Positions 19,034 through 28,122 of a DNA stretch of 64,000 nt are shown piece after piece (within the stretch, counting starts at the first letter, position 1; every line of letters starts with the position of its first letter). The notes below the pieces were generated by a model, which did no database searches, was not told the DNA's origin, and saw only the letters and a list, made by a program, of their open reading frames with translations. This stretch comes from Minisyncoccota bacterium (lineage in GTDB: Bacteria > Patescibacteriota > Minisyncoccia > Phycocordibacterales > UBA9973), in the NCBI GenBank assembly GCA_035491955.1, contig DATJJU010000003.1, positions 15,306 to 79,305 on the forward strand. The letters run 5' to 3'. The position numbers were made by a program, and so were the translations under genes.

Positions 19034-19492
19034 TTATTCCTGATTAAATGCTTTTTCTAAATCAGCGATGATGATCTTGCCCATCTTGAGCATGGCTTGA
19101 GTAGCGCGGTCAGCCTTTGCTCTATCGGGATCTTGGATCATTTCCATGAGTCTGACAGGAATGATCTGCCATGATACGCCAAACTTATCTTTGACCCAGC
19201 CGCACTGACTCTCCGCTCCCCCTTCAGAAAGCTTTTCCCAAAGGTAGTCTACGTCTTCCTGAGTTTCGCAATCAATAAATAATGAAGCTGCTTCAGTAAA
19301 CTTGAAGTATGGGCCGCCGTTAAAGGCACGGATTTCTTGCCCGTACAATTCAAAGGTCGCCATGCCGACTTTGCCGTCCGGACCTTTTGGTGCGCTAATA
19401 ACCTTAAGCTCTTTAAAAACTGATCCATAGAACTCCAGCACTTCGCCCAAGTCATGGTCGTACATAAGAAACGGTGTAACTTTTTTAATCAT
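19034..19492 (-). CDS. PhnB-like / VOC (glyoxalase-fold, 3-demethylubiquinone-9 methyltransferase-like domain) protein
   Basis: FNGGPYFKFTEAASLFIDCETQEDVDYLWEKLSEGG...CGWVKDKFGVSWQI motif set; -10 TATACT 6 nt before the ATG. Confidence 0.7.
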   Translation of the reverse strand: MIKKVTPFLMYDHDLGEVLEFYGSVFKELKVISAPKGPDGKVGMATFELYGQEIRAFNGGPYFKFTEAASLFIDCETQEDVDYLWEKLSEGGAESQCGWVKDKFGVSWQIIPVRLMEMIQDPDRAKADRATQAMLKMGKIIIADLEKAFNQE

Positions 19493-19562
19493 ATGATAAG
19501 TATAGCACTATAAAAGCCACGACTTAAAATCGCGGCTTTGCTGTTTTACGGTCCATCATTAT

Positions 19563-19967
19563 TCAGTTTTTTTGTAGAAGCTCAGCGGCTCTTTGGACGC
19601 CATAGATTGAGATTTCTTTAGCGGAATTAATGTACGTGATTTTATCAAGATCGATGATCTCAAATGTGCTGAAGAAATCACCGATTTCTTGTGCCGATTG
19701 TGCAAGATCAATGACTTGTCGAAGGGCAACTTGTTCTTGGTCTGAGTGTCTCGGCGTTTTGCAATAAATATTCTGAGCCTCTTCGAAGTCTTTAGCATCC
19801 TTAATCGGTACGCTTAACCTAATAGGTCTGAGAAAAAAATCTTTCCTTTCCAGCAGGTCTCTAAAGAGGTCTACTACGGATGGCGGTACGGCATTAATAT
19901 TTTTGGCTGAGGTAAACATACACACCAATTCCTCGAATTGTGTGTTATCTAGCTTAGGTGCTGTCAT
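19563..19967 (-). CDS. Hypothetical protein
   Basis: 134-aa ORF, no motif recognised. Confidence 0.45.
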   Translation of the reverse strand: MTAPKLDNTQFEELVCMFTSAKNINAVPPSVVDLFRDLLERKDFFLRPIRLSVPIKDAKDFEEAQNIYCKTPRHSDQEQVALRQVIDLAQSAQEIGDFFSTFEIIDLDKITYINSAKEISIYGVQRAAELLQKN

Positions 19968-20051
19968 ATTTTTAATAAAATGGTTTTTGCAATATTGCCA
20001 TAAAAAACTAGGTTTGTCAAAATTATATTTTGGCTTGAATAAGCTCCTTTG

Positions 20052-20080
20052 TTGACATATAAAAGGATTGGGACTATCAT
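20052..20080 (+). promoter_or_regulatory. Promoter TTGACA-N17-TATCAT in an otherwise gene-free plus-strand region
   Basis: Perfect -35 and good -10 with 17-nt spacer; a terminator lies ~170 nt downstream. Confidence 0.45.
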
Positions 20081-20086
20081 CATCAA

Positions 20087-20256
20087 CAGACTTTTTGTTC
20101 TCTGCCTCGGTGGAAAGTATTGTAGTGATGAACTACGACCAAAATGCTCGAAGGTGGCATTGTGGATGTGGCAACACTCCTGCGACAAAATGATTAGCTA
20201 TCAGCCGCTACGGTGGCCAGCGCAAACTCTCAGACAAGTTCTGAGAGTTTTTTATT
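20087..20256 (+). ncRNA. Candidate ~170-nt small RNA (promoter to intrinsic terminator); identity unknown
   Basis: Bounded by the TTGACA/TATCAT promoter and the 20227-20256 terminator; only a 21-codon ORF inside; no SRP/tmRNA/RNase P motifs recognised. Confidence 0.25.
20227..20256. terminator. Rho-independent terminator, usable from both strands, at the 3' end of the DUF1801 gene
   Basis: ctctcaga-caagt-tctgagag then TTTTTTATTT. Confidence 0.75.
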
Positions 20257-20614
20257 TCGCCCTCTCTCCTACTCTGAACTTTGTGATCTTTGTTACAAGC
20301 GTAAGCGGCAATCGTTCATCTAACGGAAACTGAATAGTGCCCTTGCTGCATTTGTATTCAGCGAGCTCTTTCTTAAACGCTTTTACGCCAGAAGCCGTAG
20401 GAAAAAATCCAATATGTGTCTTGAATGCTCCAAAATGAACAAGATTCTTATTATGTAATCTATATGTTGGAATGCCGTATCGTATCGCTTCTTCTGCTTT
20501 TGGCGCTGCTTTCGCTATAGTCTGACGCATCTTTTTTAACAGTACCTGAATCTCCTCTGGATACAATGCAATATATTCATCAATAGTTGCAACAGCCTTC
20601 ATCATCTTTTTCAT
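20252..20614 (-). CDS. DUF1801 / YdhG-like family protein (start at MKKMMKAV, 6 nt after a TATACT -10)
   Basis: IDEYIALYPEEIQ...IRYGIPTYRLHNKNLVHFGAFKTHIGFF pattern typical of YdhG/DUF1801; ~120 aa. Confidence 0.55.
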   Translation of the reverse strand: MKKMMKAVATIDEYIALYPEEIQVLLKKMRQTIAKAAPKAEEAIRYGIPTYRLHNKNLVHFGAFKTHIGFFPTASGVKAFKKELAEYKCSKGTIQFPLDERLPLTLVTKITKFRVGERAK

Positions 20615-20714
20615 ACCCATAGTATAGCTTCTTGCATAGGTTGGATCTATGTAAAAGATAATTGACAAAAGTGTGTTTTTATGATATTATAAAACAAACT
20701 CAAAACCGAAAGAA

Positions 20715-20909
20715 ATGGAACTTAACAATTTTTTGGAAAAGGCTGAAGATTATTTCATTAGCCATTTTGCTGTAGACCTTCTGGTATTCGCAGTAGTAAT
20801 AGCCATAATCGTTATCATTATTGTTCGACGCCACAAAAAGAACGAAGCTAAAAAATCATTGAACAACATCATTACTGAAGCGTTGGATAGACCTGGAAAA
20901 GGATCTTGA
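20715..20909 (+). CDS. Small membrane peptide (64 aa; one TM helix followed by an RRHKK basic cluster)
   Basis: Hydrophobic core VDLLVFAVVIAIIVIIIV followed by RRHKKNEAKK. Confidence 0.35.
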   Translation: MELNNFLEKAEDYFISHFAVDLLVFAVVIAIIVIIIVRRHKKNEAKKSLNNIITEALDRPGKGS

Positions 20910-21072
20910 TATCATGTGCGATGATTTATGGAATGCGACAGAAACCTTTCCTTCCCTTCGTGCTGAGCTTACAAAAAAGTATGCCCTGTTATCCTATCGA
21001 GAGAAATAATAATTCCTTCTCGCTGGATCGCATAAATGCTATTCTATAACTGAATTAAAAATTCCTGAAATC

Positions 21073-21207
21073 ATGAAAATTCCTGAAATCCCTTCCCTTT
21101 TATTGGTTATCGTTACAATTGTACTTTATTTTCTCTGGCCGCTTCGCCGGCACAGAAAATCCTATGTTGAGCCAATAGCTCCTAAAAAAGAAACTGTTAT
21201 GGGGTAA
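21073..21207 (+). CDS. Small membrane peptide (44 aa; one TM helix followed by RRHRK), unannotated paralogue-like companion to 20715-20909
   Basis: MKIPEIPSLLLVIVTIVLYFLWPLRRHRKS... then stop; not in the ORF track (below its size cut-off); terminator 30 nt downstream. Confidence 0.3.
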   Translation: MKIPEIPSLLLVIVTIVLYFLWPLRRHRKSYVEPIAPKKETVMG

Positions 21208-21237
21208 CTTCTCATAATTGTACGGTGATTAATAAGA

Positions 21238-21272
21238 CCCCTCGAACTGTGAATGGTTCGGGGGATTTTTTG
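21238..21272 (+). terminator. Rho-independent terminator
   Basis: cccctcgaac-tgtgaatg-gttcggggg (9-bp stem with one G-U) then ATTTTTTG. Confidence 0.7.
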
Positions 21273-21360
21273 TTCTTGAATAAATATTGACTTTATCTTT
21301 ATTTTATGGTAAAAAGCGTCAAGTTCATTCACATAAATAAAAAACCAAAATTCAAACACC

Positions 21361-22068
21361 ATGAAAAATCTCCTGTTTGCCCTTCTCGCTCTTATGGTAA
21401 TTATTATCGCTTCTTGTTCGAAAAAAGAAGAAGTTATTCCGCAGTCCCCTGTATATTCTCAACGCTTAGTTATGTCACATCATCAGATGGACAGTGCTAT
21501 GCAAGCGAATACAGGAAAACAATTTACAATGCATAATTTCCTCTCTCGTAGGAAAAGAGCTGCCAGGCTGGCTTCGCTAACTGACTCTATGAAAAGATGC
21601 GTAGTAGAAATTGGATTAACCAAAGATTCTACGACCAATCAATATATTAGAGATGAAATAGCATTAGCGCATGATTCTACTGCTCATGTGGGGTATATAG
21701 CTGGTGAAGATGCCATTCGTTTTCCAGGGTTCGGTGCTGCTGCATTAGCCGCTAAGGCACAGGATACCGTATCAAAAGATACAATACCGGAGTCTGTTGA
21801 TGTTCGTCCATACAAGGCTTACGAAAAAATTCCGTTGTATGCCGCAGTAAAACAAGACGGTCACTACGTCTTATTTGTTGACCCACGAGAAAATACGCTT
21901 CCAACAAAAGGTGGTCAGTTGTGGCTTCATGATAAAATGAGGGCTCGCAAAGATTCAGTCAGACTTGATATTGCACCCTATTATTTTGATGTAAATGCAG
22001 CAGATCCTACGTTGCCTCCATTGGCTACCAGATTTTCCGTTTCATTTTGCGTAAAGAAATTTAAATAA
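21361..22068 (+). CDS. Hypothetical lipoprotein
   Basis: Signal peptide with lipobox IIIASC. Confidence 0.5.
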   Translation: MKNLLFALLALMVIIIASCSKKEEVIPQSPVYSQRLVMSHHQMDSAMQANTGKQFTMHNFLSRRKRAARLASLTDSMKRCVVEIGLTKDSTTNQYIRDEIALAHDSTAHVGYIAGEDAIRFPGFGAAALAAKAQDTVSKDTIPESVDVRPYKAYEKIPLYAAVKQDGHYVLFVDPRENTLPTKGGQLWLHDKMRARKDSVRLDIAPYYFDVNAADPTLPPLATRFSVSFCVKKFK

Positions 22069-22178
22069 TATTTTGGTACACAAAAGAATAAAATCCTTCT
22101 TTATTTTAAATAGAGAGGGATTTTTTTATTGACAAAGTGTTATAAAACTGTTATTATATAGAAAACAATTTTATAACA

Positions 22179-22739
22179 ATGAATAAGCAAAACTTGGAAA
22201 ACGTACAGATAGCAACGGCTCATGTCATGTTGCTGAATATTCCTCCCTATGTCGGAGAATATCTTGAAAGAAACAGTACTAACAAAAAAGATATTCGGAC
22301 GGCGTTATGCATGCAGCAGGATATCTTTACCCAATTCCCTATTCTTAATGAAGTAGTGGATAAAAAGGAAAGGCTGGCGATGGCTACAAAGTTCATACAG
22401 AAATACTTTGTCAAAAAGAGGTGTGTTGCGAGAAAAACAAATTACTTGCCCATGAATCTTTTTGAACACCACAAAGAGATCAATCAAACCCCACCGGGGC
22501 TTGTGGGAAATTTTTTCTGTGATGAAAGGCACTCCTCTCTTGAAAGTGCTATGAAAAAGTATGACTATGTCAGTATGCTTACTGCTGTAGACATGGAGAA
22601 TCCTAAATCACAAGGATATCTTCTTGTTCACCACTGTACGCTTGAAGAGCGGTTTGAGCCATTCTCTGACAACCTTCTTATGGATCGCTCTCACGCTGTC
22701 CACACTGCCAAGCTTCTGCTTGCAAGTCTTTCTATTTAA
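22179..22739 (+). CDS. Hypothetical cytoplasmic protein
   Basis: 186-aa ORF, no motif recognised. Confidence 0.45.
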   Translation: MNKQNLENVQIATAHVMLLNIPPYVGEYLERNSTNKKDIRTALCMQQDIFTQFPILNEVVDKKERLAMATKFIQKYFVKKRCVARKTNYLPMNLFEHHKEINQTPPGLVGNFFCDERHSSLESAMKKYDYVSMLTAVDMENPKSQGYLLVHHCTLEERFEPFSDNLLMDRSHAVHTAKLLLASLSI

Positions 22740-22763
22740 ACAATAAACAATCTTGAAATGTAA

Positions 22764-22801
22764 AACGGCTACCATCATGATGGTAGCCGTTATTTTTTTT
22801 A
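22764..22801. terminator. Bidirectional terminator (14-bp perfect palindrome plus T9)
   Basis: aacggctaccatca/tgatggtagccgtt then TATTTTTTTT. Confidence 0.8.
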
Positions 22802-22818
22802 CGTATTAATATACTGAT

Positions 22819-23487
22819 CTATTTTTTTTCAGCAAATGCCAATATACAGTATTCTTTTTCAATTGGTTCGGCCATACTATACAAACCAAACTCTGTTGGT
22901 TGATACTCTTCATTCCGAATGAAAATCCAAGGATAGTTGATGACACCGTTACGGTCATCAGCCCAAAGATTCTCTTGTTCATCCAACGAATTGATGTAGC
23001 AATTTCTCGGCAAGTATTCCTTATGTTGATCTAAGGCAAGAAGTAGTCCTGGGGCACCGACAAGCAGCAGATGATGCTTGTGTAGAAATGTCAATGTTTC
23101 TTTAGTACTGATTCGCACTTTTTCTATTACAGTAAATACTTCAACTGTGTATGTTTTTCCTGGAATCAGCTTACACGAAGGGTTACAGAAGTAACATCCT
23201 CTAAAATGTTCCCAGTCTTCATCCATAGAAAACACAAATGAATGGCTCCCATGTATCCTGGCGTCGTATTTTATAGCCATTGAACTATCAATATAAGACC
23301 GTTCGTCATATTCCTCAGGAACAGTAATCTCGAATAATCTGACCGGCAGACCAAAGCGTTCGTCGATGCTGTCAGGGATAGAATGTATCGTTACATACGC
23401 GTCAGGATGTGTATGCTTATGCTTATTCTGTGCCCAGCTCATCATCCCGATGAGTACTGTGGCCAAAAGACAAAAGATCTTTTTCAT
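22819..23487 (-). CDS. Secreted hypothetical protein (start at MKKIFCLL)
   Basis: Signal peptide; His-rich N-terminus NKHKHTHP; several Cys. Confidence 0.5.
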   Translation of the reverse strand: MKKIFCLLATVLIGMMSWAQNKHKHTHPDAYVTIHSIPDSIDERFGLPVRLFEITVPEEYDERSYIDSSMAIKYDARIHGSHSFVFSMDEDWEHFRGCYFCNPSCKLIPGKTYTVEVFTVIEKVRISTKETLTFLHKHHLLLVGAPGLLLALDQHKEYLPRNCYINSLDEQENLWADDRNGVINYPWIFIRNEEYQPTEFGLYSMAEPIEKEYCILAFAEKK

Positions 23488-23608
23488 ATTGTTAAATTTA
23501 GGATTTTTTATTACTCTACCCTCTTTCGTCGTTGTGTCAATCTGCTTTACAAGATATAAAAATCGTGTTATTTTAATAAAAAACAATTACATACACAACT
23601 TTAACAAT

Positions 23609-25378
23609 ATGAAGAAAGTACTCACCACCTATTGGATCCACACTGAAGGCATTCGCCGTTTTGGCGTACTGACCATGATTTTCATTACTCTGGCTATGCT
23701 GTTTCGCGATATCCTTCGCCCCTTAGCTATGAAGAATGTTATCGACGGCTTAACAGTTCACAAATTTGATCATCCATATATATGGAAACAGTTTGGATTG
23801 TTTGCCTTGTTCCATTTCGGAGCACAGCTATGGTTTCGGATCTCAGGCCGATCGAAGGTATGGTTTGAGCTGAATCAAATGCGCATATTGCGCAATCTCA
23901 GCTTCACGACCATGATCACTCGCTCGCTTGAGTTTTTCCTTACCAACCCCTCAGGGTCGCTCGTCGCTAAGCAGAAACGTTTTGTCGGCGCAGCTGAAGT
24001 CCTTTTTGATGAACTTAATGACAAGTATATTCAACTGACAATCCAAACAATTGGAGTTTCGATAGTTATGTATTTTGTCTCACCTATTATCATGGGCATT
24101 GTGCTGATATGGATATTATTTTATTTCCTTAATGCACGAATGAGTTCAAAGAAAAGACTGGCATTCGGATATGCTGAATCTGCGGTAGAGTCAGAAGTTA
24201 CAGGCATGTATGCTGACGTCGCTGCAAACATGCCGACTGTGAAAGCATTCGGCATGATCGAAGAAGAGCTTTCTCGCTTCGATTCGTTGACGAAAAAGCA
24301 TTTCAAAGCATTTAAAAGAGCATGGAACTATGCGGAGAAGCAACATGCTATACAAAGCATCTTCTCTTTCATTATCCATGTTGGATGCTTTGGCTTGGCG
24401 ATATTTTTCTGGATGTATCATGGCATGACTACTGGCCAAGTTATCCTTGTCAGTATTTACGCTGGACAGCTTTCGAGCTCCTTCTGGGATTTTGGAAAGA
24501 CATTGAAGCGCTACATGCGCTGCATTACTGATGCAGAAGAAATGGTAGATATTATTGATATTCCACTGACGATCCATGATTATTCAGGAGCGTATCAGAA
24601 GATATCACTATTGCCTGCTGATGCCAGTATCGAGTTCAATAGTGTTCATTTTTCCTATGATCCTAAAATACCGATCTTTGACCACTTTAGCCTGCATATT
24701 CCTGCAGGACAAAAAGTAGCTATTATTGGTTCAACAGGTGCAGGTAAATCAACGCTGATTAAATTGATCCAGCGTAATGCCGATCCTCAGTATGGAGCAA
24801 TATATATTGGTCCATACAATATCAAGACTGACATTACGCAGCGGGCATTGAAGCGTTGCATTAGTATTGTCCCTCAAACCATCAATCTGTTCAATCGCAG
24901 TATTGCGGAGAACATTGCGTACGGTAAGCAGGATGCTACTTTAGATGAAATTATGACTGCGGCTAAGAAAGCATTCATTCATGATTTTATTATGGATTTG
25001 CCTCGGCAGTATCAAACATCGGTCAGTGAAAATGGCGCGAACTTTTCCGGCGGGCAACGCCAACGCATTGCTATCGCCAGAGCGATCTTGCATGATGCAC
25101 CCATTGTCATCTTTGATGAAGCGACTTCATCGGTTGATAATATTATGGAGCGCCAATTACAGCAGATCCTTCAAACCGAATTGAAAGATAAAACATTCAT
25201 CACTGTTGCACACCGCTTATCAACGGTTCGTCATTGTGAGCGTATTATCGTTCTTGAGAATGGTGCTATTGTTCAAGATGGCACGCATGAGCAACTGGCA
25301 GCTGACACCGACGGTATCTACTACCGCATGCTTAACTCTCCGGAGGATGCAGAAAAGGAAGAAATCTTCAGTAATTAA
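23609..25378 (+). CDS. ABC transporter, fused permease/ATP-binding subunits (type I exporter, MsbA/multidrug-like); start at MKKVLTTYW
   Basis: Six-TM N-terminal half; Walker A GSTGAGKST, signature FSGGQRQR, Walker B IVIFDEATS, H-loop AHRLST. Confidence 0.85.
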   Translation: MKKVLTTYWIHTEGIRRFGVLTMIFITLAMLFRDILRPLAMKNVIDGLTVHKFDHPYIWKQFGLFALFHFGAQLWFRISGRSKVWFELNQMRILRNLSFTTMITRSLEFFLTNPSGSLVAKQKRFVGAAEVLFDELNDKYIQLTIQTIGVSIVMYFVSPIIMGIVLIWILFYFLNARMSSKKRLAFGYAESAVESEVTGMYADVAANMPTVKAFGMIEEELSRFDSLTKKHFKAFKRAWNYAEKQHAIQSIFSFIIHVGCFGLAIFFWMYHGMTTGQVILVSIYAGQLSSSFWDFGKTLKRYMRCITDAEEMVDIIDIPLTIHDYSGAYQKISLLPADASIEFNSVHFSYDPKIPIFDHFSLHIPAGQKVAIIGSTGAGKSTLIKLIQRNADPQYGAIYIGPYNIKTDITQRALKRCISIVPQTINLFNRSIAENIAYGKQDATLDEIMTAAKKAFIHDFIMDLPRQYQTSVSENGANFSGGQRQRIAIARAILHDAPIVIFDEATSSVDNIMERQLQQILQTELKDKTFITVAHRLSTVRHCERIIVLENGAIVQDGTHEQLAADTDGIYYRMLNSPEDAEKEEIFSN

Positions 25379-25469
25379 ATTCAAGCGCTTTACCTTACAG
25401 GTAAAGCGCTTTTTATTTGACAATTCATGAATAAATGGTAATGTTTTACCAAACTTTAAAAATATCGTT

Positions 25470-25889
25470 ATGAGAAATATCACTCTAGTACTCGCTCGAC
25501 CGCTTATGGTCCTCGTAATTGTTACGCAATTCCTTGCTGTTATCGGCTACCTACTGTGGCATTACGGTGCAACAACGAATGACATTATCGCTATTAAGCT
25601 ACTGCCAGGCGTTGCCACTTTTTGCAACCTGTCTTTAATTGTTTGCTTCTATGAAGATTATCCAGAGACCGAAAGAGAATTCTTGGAAGCCTGGCTCGTC
25701 CTATTAGGAACAGTTCTTATCTTTGCAGGTGAATTCTTTCATGCATACCTGGTAAAACACGGTACACATATCTTGATCAGCTCCACTATTCCGTTGATCG
25801 GATTATATTGCGCCGTTAGGTTTGATTCTATTTTGTATAAAATGATTTTTAAGAAACTTGATTCCGAATCACTTATAAAAAATACCTAA
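25470..25889 (+). CDS. Hypothetical membrane protein (4 TM)
   Basis: 139-aa ORF with four hydrophobic helices. Confidence 0.45.
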   Translation: MRNITLVLARPLMVLVIVTQFLAVIGYLLWHYGATTNDIIAIKLLPGVATFCNLSLIVCFYEDYPETEREFLEAWLVLLGTVLIFAGEFFHAYLVKHGTHILISSTIPLIGLYCAVRFDSILYKMIFKKLDSESLIKNT

Positions 25890-25891
25890 AA

Positions 25892-26350
25892 ATGAAAGAT
25901 AGAAAAAATAAGACACACCATCTCCTTCATTTGGACTACAACCTTTCTTGGGTTCCAGCCAAAGAAGTACGTATAGAATTATCCTTTGAGCAAATAAAAA
26001 GTGTTCTATCTGATAAGGACTTTCAAAAAGAGCTTTCTGATGCGCGGCAATTTAAGTTTTACGTTAAGCAGGCTTTTGTACTATCGTTTGGTCATATTAA
26101 GTATGATCCCAACATAGAACCGCAGGAACTCGCTCAAATGATTAAAGATTTACTGGCAATAGTTAATGATGACAGTATTGAATATCCAGAAGTGCGAGCA
26201 CTTGTGGCCATGATTCGTTTTGAGCATTTCAAGGAATCTATTCTTCCTGATGAATTATTTCAAATGTTTGCTCGTCCAGCATTCATCCTTGATGATTATG
26301 TTGAACAGATTGCTTACAGAGAATTCTGTAGACGAGCAAAAAAGCTATAG
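25892..26350 (+). CDS. Hypothetical protein
   Basis: 152-aa ORF, 2-nt gap from the upstream gene, no motif. Confidence 0.45.
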   Translation: MKDRKNKTHHLLHLDYNLSWVPAKEVRIELSFEQIKSVLSDKDFQKELSDARQFKFYVKQAFVLSFGHIKYDPNIEPQELAQMIKDLLAIVNDDSIEYPEVRALVAMIRFEHFKESILPDELFQMFARPAFILDDYVEQIAYREFCRRAKKL

Positions 26351-26402
26351 CTCCTTTGACAAAGGCAAGAGTCGTAGTAATCTAAAGAAAAAATAACTAT
26401 AT

Positions 26403-26882
26403 ATGAAACTTTTGATCCTTGTAAGTACTGGTGATACTCAGGCGTCCACCAACAACGACCTTAAAGAAATCAAGTCAGCCGCAGAAAAGCTTTCAGTTCT
26501 CCAGCTTGGAAAATCAGGCATCTTTCCCTCATTCGAAGGGGCAGAAAAAGAAGCAGCTATTATACTGGCGGAACGTCTCAATCTTGATGTCCTAGAAACA
26601 ATACAAATGAAATGGGGCAAAGATGAGAGGAAAAAGAGGTGCGCAGAACTTGTTGTAAATTTTGTATCAGAAAAATACCAGTATGAAAAATTTGATTCAG
26701 TTATCTTGGTAAGCGGAAGCACTCAGCTGAAGCACATAGCACGGAGTATTGATGCCAATCAACCACTTCCTTTGTACCTTAAGTATGGCGAAATGCTTAT
26801 TATTGATAAGGAAACCAAAAAAGTATATTACATCAATAAGTATGCTCCTCATACTCATCATCAGATTAAAAGCAGGCAATAA
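26403..26882 (+). CDS. Hypothetical protein (faint resemblance to a degenerate histidine-phosphatase fold)
   Basis: LLILVSTGDTQ / ILVSGSTQLKH spacing recalls RHG...H of SixA/PGM but the catalytic His/Arg are replaced; speculative. Confidence 0.4.
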   Translation: MKLLILVSTGDTQASTNNDLKEIKSAAEKLSVLQLGKSGIFPSFEGAEKEAAIILAERLNLDVLETIQMKWGKDERKKRCAELVVNFVSEKYQYEKFDSVILVSGSTQLKHIARSIDANQPLPLYLKYGEMLIIDKETKKVYYINKYAPHTHHQIKSRQ

Positions 26883-26893
26883 AGCCTGTTTTT
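26870..26893 (+). terminator. Rho-independent terminator overlapping the stop codon
   Basis: caggc-aataaa-gcctg then TTTTTTTATTT. Confidence 0.5.
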
Positions 26894-26965
26894 TTATTTG
26901 CACCCTCTAATTAAAAGAACCCCGCTGCTATTGCTAGCTTTGGGGCCCCAGTGTGTCTTAATTTC

Positions 26966-27352
26966 TTAATTGTTTTCGAAAACTGTTTCGAAAAGATTTT
27001 TTCCTGGTGGAAAGTGTGATAGGAGTATCTCCTCCATTCGTTTTTTTCGAATTAAAGCTTCTTCAGACGATTTATTTTCTTCATTTTCGAGACATTGTAT
27101 GAAGCAGAGTTTGGCTACATCAGATATATCATCGAAGAAATGAAGTTTTAAAAGCGCTGGCAGAGCTTTTATTGTTCCAGTCCGCGTTACGGTCTGCAGG
27201 CCGGAAGATGAAACATAGCATTTGCGGACAGCGCGCCACGCACTCAATTCCTTTACTACTCTTATGAATAAAGAGTCAATTTGCTGGTAGGCATTGGTGC
27301 GGGTGTTGCTAACCCCGGTGAGCTGTTGTTCGATTGAAGGTACAGTTGTCAT
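26966..27352 (-). CDS. Hypothetical protein
   Basis: 128-aa ORF, no motif recognised. Confidence 0.4.
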   Translation of the reverse strand: MTTVPSIEQQLTGVSNTRTNAYQQIDSLFIRVVKELSAWRAVRKCYVSSSGLQTVTRTGTIKALPALLKLHFFDDISDVAKLCFIQCLENEENKSSEEALIRKKRMEEILLSHFPPGKNLFETVFENN

Positions 27353-27399
27353 AATAAATAATTAATTTTTCTTTATTATAACAAACTTTACAGTATGTG

Positions 27400-28107
27400 T
27401 CAATCATGGGCTAATACTTCTGCTCGCTCTGTCTCAATAGCTTCGAGGATGCGTTCCGCTACATATTCTGCAGTATCAGCATCCGGTAAGTTGCCTGGAC
27501 GGCTAAATTCTGGTGCGCCTTCAGTCTTCAGTGAGTTCTGCCCAAAGCCTGTGTCAGTGAGGCCTGGGTGCATAACATTCACTACGATATTATCCCCTTC
27601 TAGCTCTGCGCGAGCAGTCAATGAAATAGCGTTCAGTGCATATTTTGTTGAAGCATAGGCTCCAAGGTTTGGAAAATAATTTTTTGATACCAGAGAGCTG
27701 ATATTCAATATGTGACCAGAGCCTTGGCTGCGCATGATAGGAATAACTTGCTGCATAGCGATCAGCGGGCCGATAACATTCAGTTCCAAGATACGGCGAT
27801 AGTCATGAATGCCCACATGCTCGATCGGGCCGTACAAGCCTTGTCCGGCATTATTTACCAGTACATCAATACGGCCAAAGTGCTCCTTCACTTTGTGGAT
27901 CATTTCCTTAATGTCGGTCTCGTTGCTCATGTCAGTTGGTATAGCAAATGAACCTGGCAATTCTTCCGTCAGTTTTTCCAATGTCTCGCGTGAGCGTGCT
28001 GCCAGCGCTACCTTTGCACCGTGCTGTACTAATAGGCGTGCCGTAGCCAAGCCAATGCCAGCAGACGCTCCTGTTACAATGATTACTTTATCTTGTACTT
28101 TTTTCAT
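27400..28107 (-). CDS. Short-chain dehydrogenase/reductase (SDR) family oxidoreductase
   Basis: TGASAGIG cofactor motif, NNAG, catalytic S...YxxxK (YASTKYAL). Confidence 0.85.
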   Translation of the reverse strand: MKKVQDKVIIVTGASAGIGLATARLLVQHGAKVALAARSRETLEKLTEELPGSFAIPTDMSNETDIKEMIHKVKEHFGRIDVLVNNAGQGLYGPIEHVGIHDYRRILELNVIGPLIAMQQVIPIMRSQGSGHILNISSLVSKNYFPNLGAYASTKYALNAISLTARAELEGDNIVVNVMHPGLTDTGFGQNSLKTEGAPEFSRPGNLPDADTAEYVAERILEAIETERAEVLAHD

Positions 28108-28122
28108 ACCCCTAGTATAGCA

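Noticed and set aside
20049-20333. 94-aa plus-strand ORF across the candidate sRNA region
   Set aside because: It reads straight through a strong intrinsic terminator into the convergent gene and has no RBS or -10 in a start-proximal position. I treated the region as non-coding.
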